A stretch of DNA of 63,737 bases, the filler included, from Calcarisporiella thermophila CBS 279.70 (taxonomy: Eukaryota > Fungi > Calcarisporiellomycota), in NCBI RefSeq assembly GCF_041956535.1. It is 11 parts of 11 records of this genome, joined end to end, with 100 filler letters (N's around TTAATTAATTAA, not from the genome) between each part and the next. Parts side by side here need not be neighbours in the genome. Positions count along the whole stretch, not along the records: positions 1 to 29,408 come from NW_027192217.1; 10 more parts are not named here. The stretch is one strand, 5' to 3'. Position numbers and translations under genes: made by a program. Under the pieces are notes generated by a model. It was not told the origin of the DNA. It saw nothing but the letters and a program-made list of their open reading frames with translations, and did not search any database. Of this stretch, positions 12,830 through 27,479 are shown piece by piece (the stretch's first letter is position 1; every line of letters starts with the position of its first letter).

Positions 12830-13807
12830 ATGTCTAGTACTCCCAAGGCCAAAATGATTGATTGCCACGCTCACATCTACCCATCATCCATTGGAGAATC
12901 CCTTTCAACTCAACTTGATCGTGCAAAACCACTTGTTCATGGAATTATATCAGTCCCCGTTACCCTTGCCGACGCACATGAAATTCTGGACCTCTCGCAA
13001 AACACATACAAAGACTTTATATTTGCAGGCGCCGGTCTGCACCCTGACCAGAATGGGCGCTGTGTACGAGAGGATGAAATGTTGGCTCTAGAGCAATTTG
13101 TGCATCAAAACCATTCAAAATTAGTTTGCATAGGTGAGGTGGGATTAGACTACACGCCCTATGTTTTTGCTTCTGCGGATAATCCAAAGGGAATGACCGA
13201 GGACGGCCTTAAAAAGATGCAAGAAAACGTCTTGGCGAGGCATATAAAATTATCTCGTGATTATGGGCTGCCGTTGAACGTACATTCCCGATCGGCAGGC
13301 CATTATACTATTGATACTTTGGGAGCGTATGGAGCGCAAAAAGTGGTCTTACATGCGTTTGACGGAAAGTAAATATATTATACTCTTCATGTTATAAGTT
13401 GTCACAGTAATGATGATTTAATGTAACCATCTTTTAGAGCCTCATATGCACTTAAGGGAGTCGAAATGGGCTATAATTTTTCAGTTCCTCCATCTATTAT
13501 TCGCTCGCCGCATAAACAAACCTTGGTGTCTAAATTACCACTCTCACATTTATTACTCGAAACAGATTCGCCATGCTTGGGTCCAGAGAAAGGAGTGGAT
13601 AATGAGCCGGCAAACATTATTGTCTCAGCGCAAGAAATTGCAAGGATTAAAGAACTAGATATTGATGAAGTGGTAATATTCAATCTAATGCTGAATTTAT
13701 CATACTTTAAATGTATTTCTTTTTTTGTTGATCTTCCGTAGATAAATGAAACCACGGAAAATGCTCTCGGTTTATTTGAACACCTAAAGGGAGCTATTCA
13801 ACTATAA
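12830..13807 (+). CDS. TatD-family DNase (TATDN3-like), 3 exons
   Basis: IDCHAH, GLHP, IGEVGLD, VHSRSAG, LHAFDG, LLETDSP. Confidence 0.92.
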
Positions 13808-13843
13808 GTCATAGTATTTCCGCATCCTTTTTATTTCGGTACA

Positions 13844-14854
13844 TCAGTCAGTCCCACGGATACTATTTAACACCTCATTTTCCTCTTCTTCATCGTCTTC
13901 CAAATCTTCATGCTCGAACAGCGATGCATCCACTGCAACCCCCTCATCCATAATTGCCATGTCGGAGGCAGCGAGGTTCCGATCTTGCTCGAACAATTGC
14001 CGTCCTATTATAATAAAAAGATAAATTACTTGAATTTAATTGACATGGCATAGAGAGCTCCTACCTGTTAGTTTCTTTTTCTCTTCCTTTCCTTTGCTCT
14101 CTTTTGCCTCCAATTCAGCCATTTCCCTATCAAACCTCTCTTTCCACTCCAAAAATGATTGTACCGTTACTCGTGTTCCCTGGAATTTTGCTTGCTCTAA
14201 TTCCAATTCCCTCTGTGCACGCTCTTCAGCCTCACGTTCGCGATCAGCACGGATTTGCTCGACAAGTGTAGTGAGAAGTTCCTTAAGCTGTGAAGCAAGT
14301 GTAAACACCATTGCCATTCCTAATGAATTCTCGGCCTAAATTTGCAAATAAAAGTCAAAAAGGAGAAAACCATAGGTTGAATATAGCGTAGACCTACCGT
14401 CTCTAAGAGCTGTGACTCAAGTTTCTCGATATGTTCTTGAGAAAGTTTGCCTTCCAAAATTTCAAGTGAGAGCGCTGGAAGTTCTTCTGGATAAGTAGAG
14501 GTGAAATTGACCACAAGCCCAAGTGCCACTGTGTTAAACAAAAGCTATGAATTTCCATGCTCTTAGCCATCATTCATATAAATCAGTATTACATGTGTCC
14601 TCTGCAATTTGTTCATCAGGTTCTACGCGTATCCGAATGCTTTTTGAATCTAGCTCTATTATAAAAGAATCCTTAGCTTGAGTTAGATCGGCTAATCGGA
14701 AAAGATTGAATTTACGTTCGAGTTCATCGGGATAGATAGATTGTAAGATTTCGATTTCTTGCCTCTGTTCCTCTCCGTAATCTACTGAAATATGAACACA
14801 ACGTTCAATATAATTTAATGTAATACTAATCATGCCGAATTGCTCACCTGTCAT
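13844..14854 (-). CDS. RWD-domain protein (Gir2/RWDD1-like), multi-exon
   Basis: DYGEEQRQEIEILQSIYPDE, YPEELP, GMAMVFTL, GTRVTVQSFLEWK, KLTGRQLFE, acidic tail. Confidence 0.9.
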
Positions 14855-15806
14855 TTTATATATAATAGAATAGTGGCTGGCGGAAAATGTTTAATGGAGA
14901 AGGGAATGATGTATTCAAAATGAAAAGAGGTTTATTGATCAACTTTGTAAATAGTGGTCAAGAATGACTTCGATTTTAGGAAATTCAAGTCGAAATTATT
15001 GCGGTTAAGTATAAAAGTTAACGTGTGAAAATTCGAATGATTTTCTATGTAATTTAAGATATTCTGCATAACTTTTATTGAACCATCAATTGCACACTAA
15101 AAAAATAGAAAAATATATAAGCTTATATGCATTCAAGTTTGATATGATTGTAAAATAAGAAAACTATTCAAATTCCTAGTGTAATCCTTAATATGAACAA
15201 TCAAAATATGCCCAAATAGGTATATGTATTTTTTTGGCAAGCGAGCGCTCAAGCAGTCGTCTATCATGGCGTTATTATCACCTGAGTAAGAGATGTATTC
15301 AATAGATAATCAAGATCTCGGAATAAAAAAACAAAAAATATCAGCAGCACACTATGTTATTTATTAAGGAAACTCTAATATGGATTATTGCTTCGGCATT
15401 GACAGATAGAACTAACTTACCCACTGATATATGTGAGTCATTTAGTATTTCCGGAAACTGGCAGTAGTAAGATAGAGACTGAATGGCAGTTGCTTTATTA
15501 ATTAACGATGTGTAATCCCTTAGATTACTACTTCTCCTGACTAGTTTAGGAAGTTCAAAGCAACTTTCCCGATGGATAGTGAAAGCATAATATAATTATG
15601 CTCGCAGCAAGGGTATTTAGAGAAACTTTTGAAAGGTGGCTTGATAACTATCCCCTCTTGCTTAATATTAGTCATCGAAGAGATTTGTTGCCACATTTAC
15701 CGCCGCATATACAATTGCGCAATTTTTAGACTGCGATATATTGGCTGTGATTTAGGCTCGAGTTTGTTAAATAACGACCACATTCATTCTGAACATTCAA
15801 ACCATT

Positions 15807-17653
15807 ATGTCAACGAAAATTCTACGAATAAGCAGATTTGCAGCTACCACGCTAAGGCGAAGTTATCTCTATTCCCCTCGATGTAAATTAACTTCCTAAT
15901 ACTACAATTCTATCCCCTCAATTGCCACTAATGCTCTTTTTTATTTTCTCCAAAACTAAAAGCAATTCACACCACGCGTGTCCTCGGTTCTGCAACTCTA
16001 CCTGCCTCCTCCACAACCACCGAGCCGAATGCTAAGAAATCTTCTAATCCTCCTCTCGATTTTCCATGTGTGGATCAGCTTAGCCAACGTACACTCTCAC
16101 TAGACGGTGGTCCAGAGCCGGAATATGATAAAATCGTTGAAGGCTACTCTACCTTTCATTATGCGCAGCCATTCTCACTCGATCATGGAGGTTGGCTTCC
16201 TGAATTTGAAATTGCATATGAGACATGGGGAAAATTAAATGAAAAACGAGATAATGCAATTTTGTTACACACTGGTTTGAGTGGAAGTAGTCATGCTAAG
16301 AGCCACGAGCGAAATATGAAGCCAGGATGGTGGGAAAAGTTTATCGGCAAGTTTCTCATGCTACTCTCTTTAAAAACGTGCGTGTTGATTTTTTTATTTC
16401 GTCAATAGGTCCTGGTCTCTCCATAGATACAAATAAATTTTTTGTCATATGCACAAATGTTCTAGGCGGATGCTATGGCTCAACCGGCCCTTCGTCTATT
16501 GACCCTGCAGACGGTGAGCGCTATGCTACACGATTCCCCATTTTGACAATATGGGATATGGTTCGCGCTCAATTTCTCTTGTTGGACCACTTGGGAATTG
16601 AAAAATTGCATGCAAGTGTAGGCAGTAGTATGGGTGGAATGCAGGTGAATATCATCATTTTATTTTCAAATGATACCTGTTTAATAACCAATATTTAGTC
16701 CCTTGCTGCCGCTGCACTTTTCCCTGATCGCATCAATCGGCTGGTTTCAATTTCCGCATGTGCTCGCTCACATCCTTATTCTATTGCCCTTAGACACACG
16801 CAGCGCCAAGTACTTATGTCTGATCCTAACTGGAATAAGGGCTTTTACTACAATGGAATTCCGCCTCATATAGGCATGAAAGTAAGCTTGTGTGTTCTGA
16901 ATATATAAGGTGGCGTGATCTAACTTTTTCAATTTTTTTTCTAGCTTGCAAGAGAGATTGCCACCATTAGCTATCGCTCTGGACCCGAATGGGAGCAAAG
17001 ATTTGGTCTGAAGCGTGCTCAGCCAAATCAATCTCCTGCTTTGTGCCCTGACTTTTTGATTGAAACCTATCTAGATCATCAGGTATTATCCTATTGCGAG
17101 AATTTAGACTGGCGCCTCTATGGTTATTTAATAATTAATTCAATATTCTCAGGGCGAACGGTTTTGTCTACAATATGATGCCAATTCTCTCCTCTATATT
17201 TCAAAAGCAATGGATATGTTTGATATGTCTGCTTCAACGATGGAACGTCTCAAGAAACAACGAGAGCAAAATGCAGTCAGAGAGAGTCGCTTAAGGGAAG
17301 GAGGCTCTTGCCCAACGAATCGTTCTGCGCTCGAACCCACGACTCTCGTTGAATCACCATCAAAAAATGAAAAGCCAGCACACGTATCATCCTTTGCCGA
17401 TGTGCACCCAGGTATTGAGGATTTGGCAGCTGGTATGGAGGCCATTCAGATGCCGGCACTTGTGCTTGGGGTGCAGTCTGATATTCTTTTTCCCGTATGG
17501 CAGCAGAAGGAAATTGCCGAATGCTTAAGAATGAGAGGTCATAAGCGAGTCACTTATTATGAACTTGATTCGATATACGGCCATGATACATTCCTTATTG
17601 ATTTGGCGGGAGTGGGTTCGGCTGTGAAAGGGCACTTGGAATTATTGGACTAA
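15807..17653 (+). CDS. Serine O-succinyl/acetyltransferase (Cys2/CysA type, homoserine O-acetyltransferase family), multi-exon, probably mitochondrial
   Basis: [32 protein letters not shown], nucleophile motif [20 protein letters not shown]; basic/hydroxylated N-terminal leader. Confidence 0.88.
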
Positions 17654-18198
17654 ATTTAATTTGTTGTAGTATTGTTGAGGTGCAATGTTCTTTATGAATT
17701 TCTCCTTCCTCGACCTCATCCCGCCAATTCCCGACTATTAACTAATTAAATGAGAGATATGTCATAGCAAAAGAGAAAATACTGAAAATTGACGAATACC
17801 AAAGCAATGTGTCACATGTCTCTAGCATCACATGCAGTCAATTTAGTATGCACCTGAGGGAGCATTCTAGCAAAATGCCATGGTTCAATACATAGATCAG
17901 TAGAGCCATTTGGCGTTAAGTTCCCGTGAAAATTGAGAGTAAAGATGCATCTAATACGAAAAAACCCTACGCAAACCTAAATACGCCATTGTAATTTGGC
18001 CAGGTTAATAATAGCCCCTTAATTTTCTGGCAAGTAACCGATGGCCCAGCTGTCATTTTCCGAAGCGTGGAGACTGCAGATTTCTCACGCTTTTGAATGA
18101 ACTTTTTCCCTTTGGCAATAACGCGCACTGAATAACATCAGTCTTCCCACCAAATAAATCAAGTGCTTGAACATTACTTTACTTCTGTTCTCTCATTA

Positions 18199-19972
18199 AT
18201 GGTCCAGAACATTGTGCTTCAAGATTTCGATATTTCACCCCGTACGGGATTTCTTCCTGAGGAGCCTCCCTTGCAGCGTCTTCCTGACCCGTATTATGAA
18301 CCGTGGGAGAATGGCAAGTTGAATATCCTTTTACGTTACGTTGAGGAACATTAAGCTAATTCTAATATGCTTGCCCATGTCAGTTGTGAATGAGTTAACC
18401 CATCTGCTTTTGGCGGGACGATTAAGAGAGAAAGTTTTAAAGGTTCGCTTGAAATGGATTCAATTCATGGTTGAATAAATTGCTTAACACTCTATATATG
18501 ACAGCTTCCAATTTTGGACATTTCGCGTCTTGGATCAGAACGAGAGTATCAACGTGCATTTGTCATCCTGTCCATGCTAGGACATGCTTATGTATGGGGG
18601 AAGCATGAGCTGGTGTGTGAAGTAAGTTTCTTATAATTATTTTTCCGTGTGCCAGGGGTACTATCTTGCATTGATTCAAATCCACTCATTCTTTAAATAT
18701 TAGATATTACCAGCAAGTTTAGCAATTCCGTGGGTAAAGATTGCTGACCATCTGAACATGTGTCCGGTTGTGTGTCATGCTGCAGTTGTGCTTTGGAACT
18801 GGCGTTTGATCTTCCCCGAAGATCCCATTAACCTAAGTAATCTCGCCACACTTCATACCTACACTGGAAGTACGGACGAATCCTGGTTTTATCTTGTGAC
18901 GACAGCTATTGAGGCAACAGGGGCGCCTGCACTGCAAGCTATTGTCGATGCTATAGATGCGGCAAACGGTGAGCACACTGAGAAGGTGATCAATTGCTTG
19001 CAGGAGATTCGCGAGGCCCTTGTGCGCATGACAGAGACTATTTTGCGGATGTATGAACGGTGTGATCCATATTTCTTCTACTGGAAACTAAGGCCATATC
19101 TTGCGGGGTGGGAGAATATGGCAGAGGCAGGCCTTCCATATGGGCTGATATATGAGGGCATTACTTGGAAACCTCATGAGAATGGTAAAGAAGATGGTGG
19201 TGAGAACAATCCAAATGGAAAACAAGAGGAGGATGAGGAGGCATTTCTTAAACGATACAGACGATATGCGGGCGGTAGTGCTGCTCAGAGCGCTCTGATT
19301 CACGCCTTAGATATTGCCCTGGGAGTTGAACATTATCCGACAGGAGAACGCCCGAATTATCCCAACAAATCGCCGGCTCCCAATGACCGCTATAATGCAC
19401 TAAATGACAGCACCGAGAGCAAAGTTACGCATGGTAATAATTTCATAGAACGTATGCGTCAATACATGCCGGGTCCACACAGACGCTTTCTTGAGCGACT
19501 TCGACAGGTCTCAAACATACGTGCGTTCGTGGAGCGCTCAGATTGTTCCAAACTCCGCGCTGCCTACAACGAATGTCTCCAGCAGCTGCGTGTCTTCCGT
19601 GACAAACATGTGCAAATGGTAACCCTTTACATCGTGATTCAATCGAGGCGTGGCCCAAGTATTTCGCACGGAGGATTTGCAATCGCCCATGGGACAGAGG
19701 CCGCCAAACAAAACGTTGCCCCACCTTTGCCAACGAGTGACGGGTTGGAGGCAGATGAGCAAGGGAAACAATCGAAATCGGCTAGTCAGCACAACTTCCT
19801 CTATCCACAGACGGTCCTTTCCACCTCTCCACCAAGTACCCAGCAACCTCCAAGTCTGGCCAGAAGGCTCAGCGCTTCAGCTAGTATTATCCGAGGTACA
19901 GGCGGAACTAATGTGATTCCGTTTTTGCAACAGGCACGTGATGAGACTTCGGAAGCTAAAATTTTAGATTAG
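18199..19972 (+). CDS. BNA2: Indoleamine 2,3-dioxygenase, 4 exons
   Basis: TGFLPEEPPL, HAYVWG, DESWFYL, RPYLAGW, YAGGSAAQS, MRQYMP, FRDKH, GTGGT. Confidence 0.93.
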
Positions 19973-20279
19973 AGCCAATGTGTTGTTTTATCGCGCACTT
20001 TAAGGATAGAATTCCTTATGACGACTAACGTTTTGAAGAAAAAAAACGTATTTACCGCCTATATATACATATATCAATTTTCTGATACTATTTTGCTACC
20101 TGTTTGTGTTTGTACAAGTTTATTTCTCTTTAACTTTTGCGAAGGATTGTTTTTTTTATTAAGACTATTGTAAGCACATGATGCGTCTTTTTATTGTGTA
20201 CGAACATGACTGTTTTTTTAATAAAATATATATCAAGTAAATTTACAAGACGAGTTTTGTGCTGTAGACCTGTGCAGTT

Positions 20280-23200
20280 CTACAGCATTTTAATCCCTCT
20301 AACTCCCTCCTCCACTCCACCCATTTCCTCTTGCACCTTTTCGTCCAGTTCAGTAAGAGCCACTCGCGCCTGGTGCCGCACCAACTCATCGCGCCGTATA
20401 TCTGACTCCAAGTAACGCAATAAGCGGATTATGCGACGCAACAAATCAGCTGGAAATTCCTGCAACGGCCTAGTCGAAAGCCCGCGTATGAGGGAGAGGA
20501 CAAGCATCGTTGCAGCTGAAGATGTAAAATAATATCAGGATATTGAAGTGAGAGATAAATAATAAAACAACTAGAGTTTAAGTTTACCTCGCTGTACTTC
20601 CACTGCACTCTCTAAATTTAATATTGAGGCAACAGCTTCAATTAAGTCGTAATAGCGAGGAGAGACAGCAAGTGGAGAAGTCTCACAAGCACAGCCGAGA
20701 ATGGAGAGCGTGGAAGAGCGCAAGTGGGTGCATTCGGCATTACGCAGCATGTGCATGAGCGGATTTAGTAAAACGTTGGCTATAGACGAGTAAACTTAAC
20801 CTCCGCCAATGGATAAAGAAGACAAATTATCATACCATATTTTGCAAGTGCATCCCCGCAGCGCTGCACTGTTTGCAGCAATGCCTCGCCAACACGTAAC
20901 CGAACATCTAGATCCACTCTTGAATCGCAGTAAATTTCTCCCAATTTAATCAAAATATTTTCCCCATGAATATCAGTCATTGCCGATAAGCCTTTAACTG
21001 CATTCAAGTAAATAAAACTGTCTTCATCCTGCACCATCTGCACAAATATATTGAGAATCTTGTCCGCCTCCTTGCCATCTACTAGAGGATCTCTGTTCAA
21101 CACCATTTGGCGTAATATTGCCATACCATGTGCCCTTACAGGCAGAAGCTCGTCCTGAATTGCTCGCATCGCTTCGCGATATTGGCGAAGAGAGTTTTCG
21201 GAAGCGTTGGAGGATACTTCAGTAGAAGCAAGGCGTGCAGAGATTGCGACCCGTAAATCGCGTGCCATTTGTCGAATTTCCTGTGCGGGGTGATTGAGAA
21301 GGTGTTGTAGTTGCTCGTCAGCCATGTGCACAGTGCGAAGATCTTGTTCAGACAAGATCTCGTTATCTTTTAGTGAATAAATTAAATAATTAAATTTGGA
21401 ACCAAAGAAGAGCAGTTTTTCTTAGGTGTCATTACCATGCAAAACTGCAGTAAGCAACGAGAGCGCAAGCGAGAGAATTTCTTCATCATCCTCCTTTGCT
21501 TCAATCTCAGCTTCGAGGCTTTCCTCCGGAGAGACAATATTGGCCAAATCGTCCATCATTCCACTGGATGTGCTACTCTTTTCTTTCTCTGCAGCAGATA
21601 ATGAATTTTTGGATGAAGGTTTGACACTCTCAAGTACACTGCATGCAAAAGAAATAATTTGAAATGGTCGCTTCAAAATAGTTGGGCCGAGATTATCTGT
21701 CATATAGAGTACGATATTGAGCACACTAAGTATTCTAAATTAAAAAAAAAAACATTTTAAATAAGCCCCGGAAATAAACCATTAGTAGCCTAAGAATTCG
21801 ATTCCAATAATTGGGTACATACTTTGCAGACTCAGTGGATTCCTTCAGTTTTTGCAAAGCCATATACTCGTTGAGGAGGTTAATGAAAAAATCTCCCATT
21901 AACTCGTCATTTCCAATATCCTGTAATAGCCCGACGATTACTTCAACGTTAACTTCGGGCCTCCCACCTTCTTCACATTTTACACGCAACTCCGCACCGC
22001 CAGTTGGCCCGGGGGCGAAATAGGGTCGATTTATTGTAACCTCTCTACGTGGCCAGATAATTCGGCGTAAATCCTCTACCCTAGGTAACACACGAAAATA
22101 AGTGGATAGGAGTTCAAGACATGACTGACGGGGGTGAAGTTTGGCGCGAAGACTGGTGGAATAAAGATCGTAGAGGGGAGCTAGCGCACGCTCAAGAAAG
22201 GTCTCCATCAATATGGGGCTTGGTTCATTTCCTACCAAACAGCGGTGAAGGGAATATATAGAGATGCTAAGCTCCTCTTCTGAAGCTATCACTGGATCAA
22301 ACGAGCTGTCAGTTGGTATTTCGTCTCGCGAAGAAACATTCTCTTCAAATCCCCACCAAAGCCAAAATGGCTTGGCTAGTTTTGATACAACAAGTTTTTT
22401 GGTGAGATTGGAAGACTTGTTCGCCATTCTTGCGACCACGTAAGTAGCCGCACGAAGCTTTGGAGACCGTATATCGGTGATTCGTTGGATAATATCGACA
22501 AGCTGCGGAAATATTAGTCCATAGTAGTTTTCCCCGGACTTAGCTTGGCTGGGAACAGAAAGAAGGAGTTTTGCGATTTGATCGAGCTGAGGAAAGGTGA
22601 CTATGTTTTGAAGAAGGGCAATGATTAAAGGATTGCCCATTTTATACCAAAAAGTCTAGTGTGACATACCATCTGGGTTGTCCCCAACCATAAACTCTAA
22701 TACAATGTATACCCCATCCGGTTTGAGCAGAATTTGCGATAGATAGCGCCCGCTTGCACTTCTCAACCAATTTGGAGGAGTTTGCACAGAAGATGACCCC
22801 AAAAGAAGCATTAATGACTCCATCGCTCGAAAGGAGTTGACTCGTTGGAGTATCCCTTCAAGTGTAGATAAACATTCTTTATGCTCAGATTCGCTCAGCA
22901 CCTGTACTAATTCCTCAGTTTCTGTGCTTTGTTTTTCTACGGGACCATGCGCCAGCTGCAGAAGACCACTCAGGATGTCGGTGAGGTAACGATCAAGTAA
23001 GAGAGAGGAGATTGTGGTGTAAGGGACTGGTCCATGAATCGATAAAATTATTTTAGACAAAGTTTCCATTATCTGTAACAAGCGGCGCTGAGAAGAGGAC
23101 TCCACGTCTAGTTCCTTAATCAAGAGATCTGAATATAAGCAAACGTGTTTAGCAATACTAAAATAAAAAAAAAAAAATAAGGTATTGATCACCTCTAGAA

Positions 23201-23720
23201 GCATATGCGGATTGTGATCTCATCGAAATCGGCACACCGACTCCTGGTAGCAAAGAAGGATATACTCCCCATATTACCACGATTTCAATCAGAGTATTCA
23301 CCACCCTGAGGTCCCGAACACCTAATAGATCGCGATCGGAATGGGCTATGCTAATAGAAATCTTAGTACTATATCCAAGAACTTGAAAAGAGAAATAATT
23401 CATACCTTGTTTCTCATCTGCAGCTACCATTTTTACTAATAAATCTTGGATTTTTGATAAAAATCCCAAGCACTCAAGTACAAACTCCCATCGCGATTCT
23501 CTCTCTATGTCGAATATGATTAAATTATGCTAAATGAAACAAGTAAAAAGCATTTCTACCAATTGTCGAAGACGGAGTGATGTGAGCTTGTGCTTGAAGT
23601 AAAACTGTTTTCAACTGCGGCTCTAGAATAGCCCGAGAATGGGGATCGACCACCTGATCCATAACCCCTCTTAGCTTCTCGACTGTTCCAAAGTAAAGAG
23701 CTTTACCGTGACTACTAAAA
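20280..23720 (-). CDS. RNA polymerase II assembly factor Rtp1/TANGO6-like HEAT protein, multi-exon (5' end approximate)
   Basis: DELLPVRAHG, DEDSFIYLNAVKGL, RLRVGEAL, PGVGVP, DELVRHQA. Confidence 0.8.
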
Positions 23721-24020
23721 TAGACTGCTTAACTATTGGGTAGAGGCCAAGGGCTCATCCCTTATGCTATTGAAAAGCATACTCGGCATGAAAAATAAAT
23801 AGGCATTCTTACAAATGCACTCTCCAGTTTATATCTGATCTTATTCACTTATAAAGGTGATCACCTGGTAAAATCGCGAAAAAGAGATATCTATATAAGA
23901 ACAACCCTCCTATCGTAAATTACTAATTTACAAACAAGGCGAAGTTATGACAAATAAATTAAACCGTTGAAGGGAAAAGGTAAAAGGTACAAATTTCGAG
24001 TTTTCGGCGATGTTCTATTA

Positions 24021-25512
24021 TTATTCCACAAGGGCTTCTAATACTCGGCTAAGCTCCTCTTCCACATACACAGGCACACCATTGCTTTCAGCTCCTCGCA
24101 CCGGGACACAATTTATACCAAGGTTTTCAATCTTTTCTACAGGAACTGGCACCGCAGAATTGTCCAGGTATATAAGATGGGTCAAGAAAGCGCTCGCGTC
24201 TAATGCAGGGGTATTCGAGGCTGTAATTGCAGGCAAATCTGATGCAGTTGGAGGGTGTAAGCTCTCATCTGCACAAGTGCAAACCATATCCACTTGTCGG
24301 GAGAAGTTCAAACCATCCGTGATTGCTTGTACGAAGTCGAGAGCGGTGTAACCCGTCGTTTCTCGATCTGTCGATCCGTTGAGAATGAGAATTTTACGGC
24401 GAAGAGTTGGCGAAGAAGCAATGGCATTCCCGATCTTGCGAAGCACCAAGCATGGCCTAGCATATACTCAAGATATATTAGCACATTCTGCCTTGTTAAG
24501 CCACACAATGAAATATGATCTTACATTATAGATGTATAGAGCGATCCAATTGAATAGATGAGCGTCCGTTTTGTGGCCAAAAGTTGCAAGCATCTAGTAT
24601 TCGGGTGGGGAAATAATTCTGCTCCGTACTCATTCATATAAAAGATGCGTTTTATCCTAGCCGGTAAACCTCCACACCGTCTCTTGTCAAACAAGATGTT
24701 TCCGCTCCCGCTAACCGAGGAAGGATGTGAAATCTCGCATTGGCCCACGATATTCTCGCCGTTCTCAAGGGATGCCGCAATAGTTACCATATGATTTGTG
24801 TTAATGACGGGCACAACAGTGGTCGGATCGGATATCCCAGTGATGGCTGCGAATAAGAAAATAGCAGCCTCTAATGAGTTGAAGAAAAGGCGAGCCCCAG
24901 TAAGAAAGAAGTTCCCGATGCTTCCATTGCGATAGTCAAATTTTTTATGGGCGCGCTTTAAGATTTCAAAATGGAAGAGCGAGAGGAAGCCACGTATGGT
25001 CTCCCGTTTACCTGCAGATATCCCGGACCATAATCTATTCCGTGAAAAGTGAAACTAATTGGTTTTTTTTGTTAGGGAAAATCTGTTTAATTTACTGGTG
25101 TCGGCCCTCGACAATATCATGCCACTCTGCTTTAATCCGTGATTCATCATCGCAGGTAGCTGGTAGCCGGTAACTCAACAGATCTTTTATAGCCTGACTC
25201 TCTGAACCCGAGTCGCTGCGCGTCGTATCGATAAGGCGAGTTAGACGTGAGCGTAAATCTCCAATACTCGGTCCACCTACCACACGCAGAATTTCGCTCT
25301 ACAATGCAAAAAATGCATAAGACAGTTGAGCCACACAGAAGAGATGGCGGGATTACCGTTGAGCCACCATTATCAGACACACCCAGTACATAGGCAACAT
25401 CGGGCGTCAACGCCTGCAACTGCTGCACTATGTAGTTGCAGGCAGACCCACCGGAAAAAATTAGAATTGAGCGCCGTTGCGCTCCATTAGCATGGCCATT
25501 TTTTTCGGGCAT
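24021..25512 (-). CDS. CofD/YvcK-like (UPF0052, YNL011C-like) protein, multi-exon
   Basis: FSGGSA, SDNGGS, GGPSIGDLRSRL, GQCEISHP, YSIGSLYTSI, LNGSTDRET. Confidence 0.88.
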
Positions 25513-26508
25513 GGAGAAGGGAGAGACGAAAACGAAGGACAGGACTGACTCAATTTGAGGTATGGCTTTTTAAAGCTGAGATAACTTATCGGACTGCGGC
25601 CTTTTTTCTATTTTTATTAAATCGAAAACGTGGAATTTATGGTAATTGGATGTCACCTTTGAAATTAAGCATGGCCAACGTGCATCAGCTCCTTCAGAAA
25701 ATACGTCAAAAAGCAGCCAAATACTAACTTTGAGCACAGCAAACTGTATTTCATCTCTCATGCCAGCCGAAGAAATTGCGAGCTAACTATCGACCTTAGC
25801 GGCACGTGGACACTGGTCTGTCGATAGTATCCTGGAAATAAACTCTGATTGCTCGTTCTGTTTCAGAGAAGGACGTTGAGCAGCCGCCTAAGAAACGTCC
25901 GCCTGTGTTGATTGCTGAACCTATTTCAATAATCCCAGACCTTGCCCTGGTCAGGATTCAATGTTTAATTTGCCTAATGCTCCCTTTCAACTGCTGCAAA
26001 TGAGTTTCATAAAAGCGTATCTCGCTATGATATACTGTAATATATCAAATCTAAGGGATACTCTAGTCGAAAGCAAATCTTTATTCGTTGATGTTACCAT
26101 ACAATGTCAATTAAATGCCCATAGCTTTGGGGAGTTTGGCGTTACATAAAAAACAATAGTGTTGAGATGAAGAAGCCCTAAGTGATTCGACTATGGCGCT
26201 GATTTCATGATATAACCTCTCTGATGTACGACTAATAATGTTCCTTGAGGGTCATTTGTTCAATAAAGTATAGCAAGGCCAACTTGGAAACCCTTTTATT
26301 TTCTATTTTTACGTAATATGTTAAGACTAAAGAAATTATTTTCATAAAGAAGGGACCAACAAAAAAAAAACAATCAATGAGTGGATGTTCTCAGAGATAT
26401 AATAAAGAGAACATTGCCTTTTGAAAATCCTTAAAAAAAATTAAAAAAGCATTATCCCAATTAAATAAACAGTCCACCATATACCGTTTTTATCTAACAA
26501 GCAATACA

Positions 26509-27193
26509 TTATTCATCCTTTTTGCCAGCAGCCTCCTCAGCTTTTTTGATAGATGCCTCATCAGTCTTGGGCTGGGTCATCGCGGCGAATGGTCCTTCCG
26601 CAACGAATGGTCGCTTTAAGTCACCCTCCGCAGCTTTTCCCCACAAATGAATTTGGGCCACTTTGCTTGTCAGAAAGCCGCGCACAGGGATAACAGTCTG
26701 CAGGAATAGAGGTTGGAACGTGCCAAAATAGATGTGGATTCCTGCAATAATAGCCAATCCAATAAGGGTTTGCTTGATCTGTTTTTGGACCTCATCAAGA
26801 TCATATTTCTCATGAGTGGTTACGACAAGTTCACCCTCAGGATTGCCTGGCTTGGGTTCAACATATTTTAAGACGGTTTGATCTAGAAAATGAGCAGAGA
26901 TTAAGGTGATGGTCGAACACTGTGGAATACTTTTCAGCTTATTACCATGCTTTTGAGTAATCTTTGATTTAATGTAGAAGCATCCACCGAGGATCACAAG
27001 CTGAGAAATTACATAAGCAGCCCGGATGCCTAGGATGACATTTGGATCAGTGGTGTCGAATTTACGAGAGACTTGGATCAAGATGAACACTAAGCCGAGG
27101 TTGACAAGCTAAACCACAAACCAACATTATTAAGCCTTTCATCTAGCGATAAAATCTATAAATAATCAGTATAAAATGCACCTGAGACGACAT
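26509..27193 (-). CDS. PHO88: Pho88/Snd3 ER membrane protein, 3 exons
   Basis: LKYVEP, YDLDEV, QPLFLQ, IHLWGKAAEGDLKRPF, PKTDEASIK; micro first exon ATGTCGTCTCAG. Confidence 0.9.
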
Positions 27194-27479
27194 TCTGGTA
27201 ACGCTAGATTATGAAAAGGATATAAGAAGTGCAGCAGTGAGGTGACCAACTAAAGAAAATTCGGAGACTAATTTATTTACAATTGTGGGAGGCTGCAATT
27301 GGTTAGCCCAAAAAACCTTTTATTTATTCTTATTTGTGTGGAGCAAATAGAATCGAAAATCATATACACATATACGAACTGTCGCAAAGGAATAAGCACA
27401 ACTCTGTAAATAAAACGTGAAGAGGACGTGCTAATTTGGCAGGATATCTTCTTGAAAGCAACATGAGGCCAAATGTATA

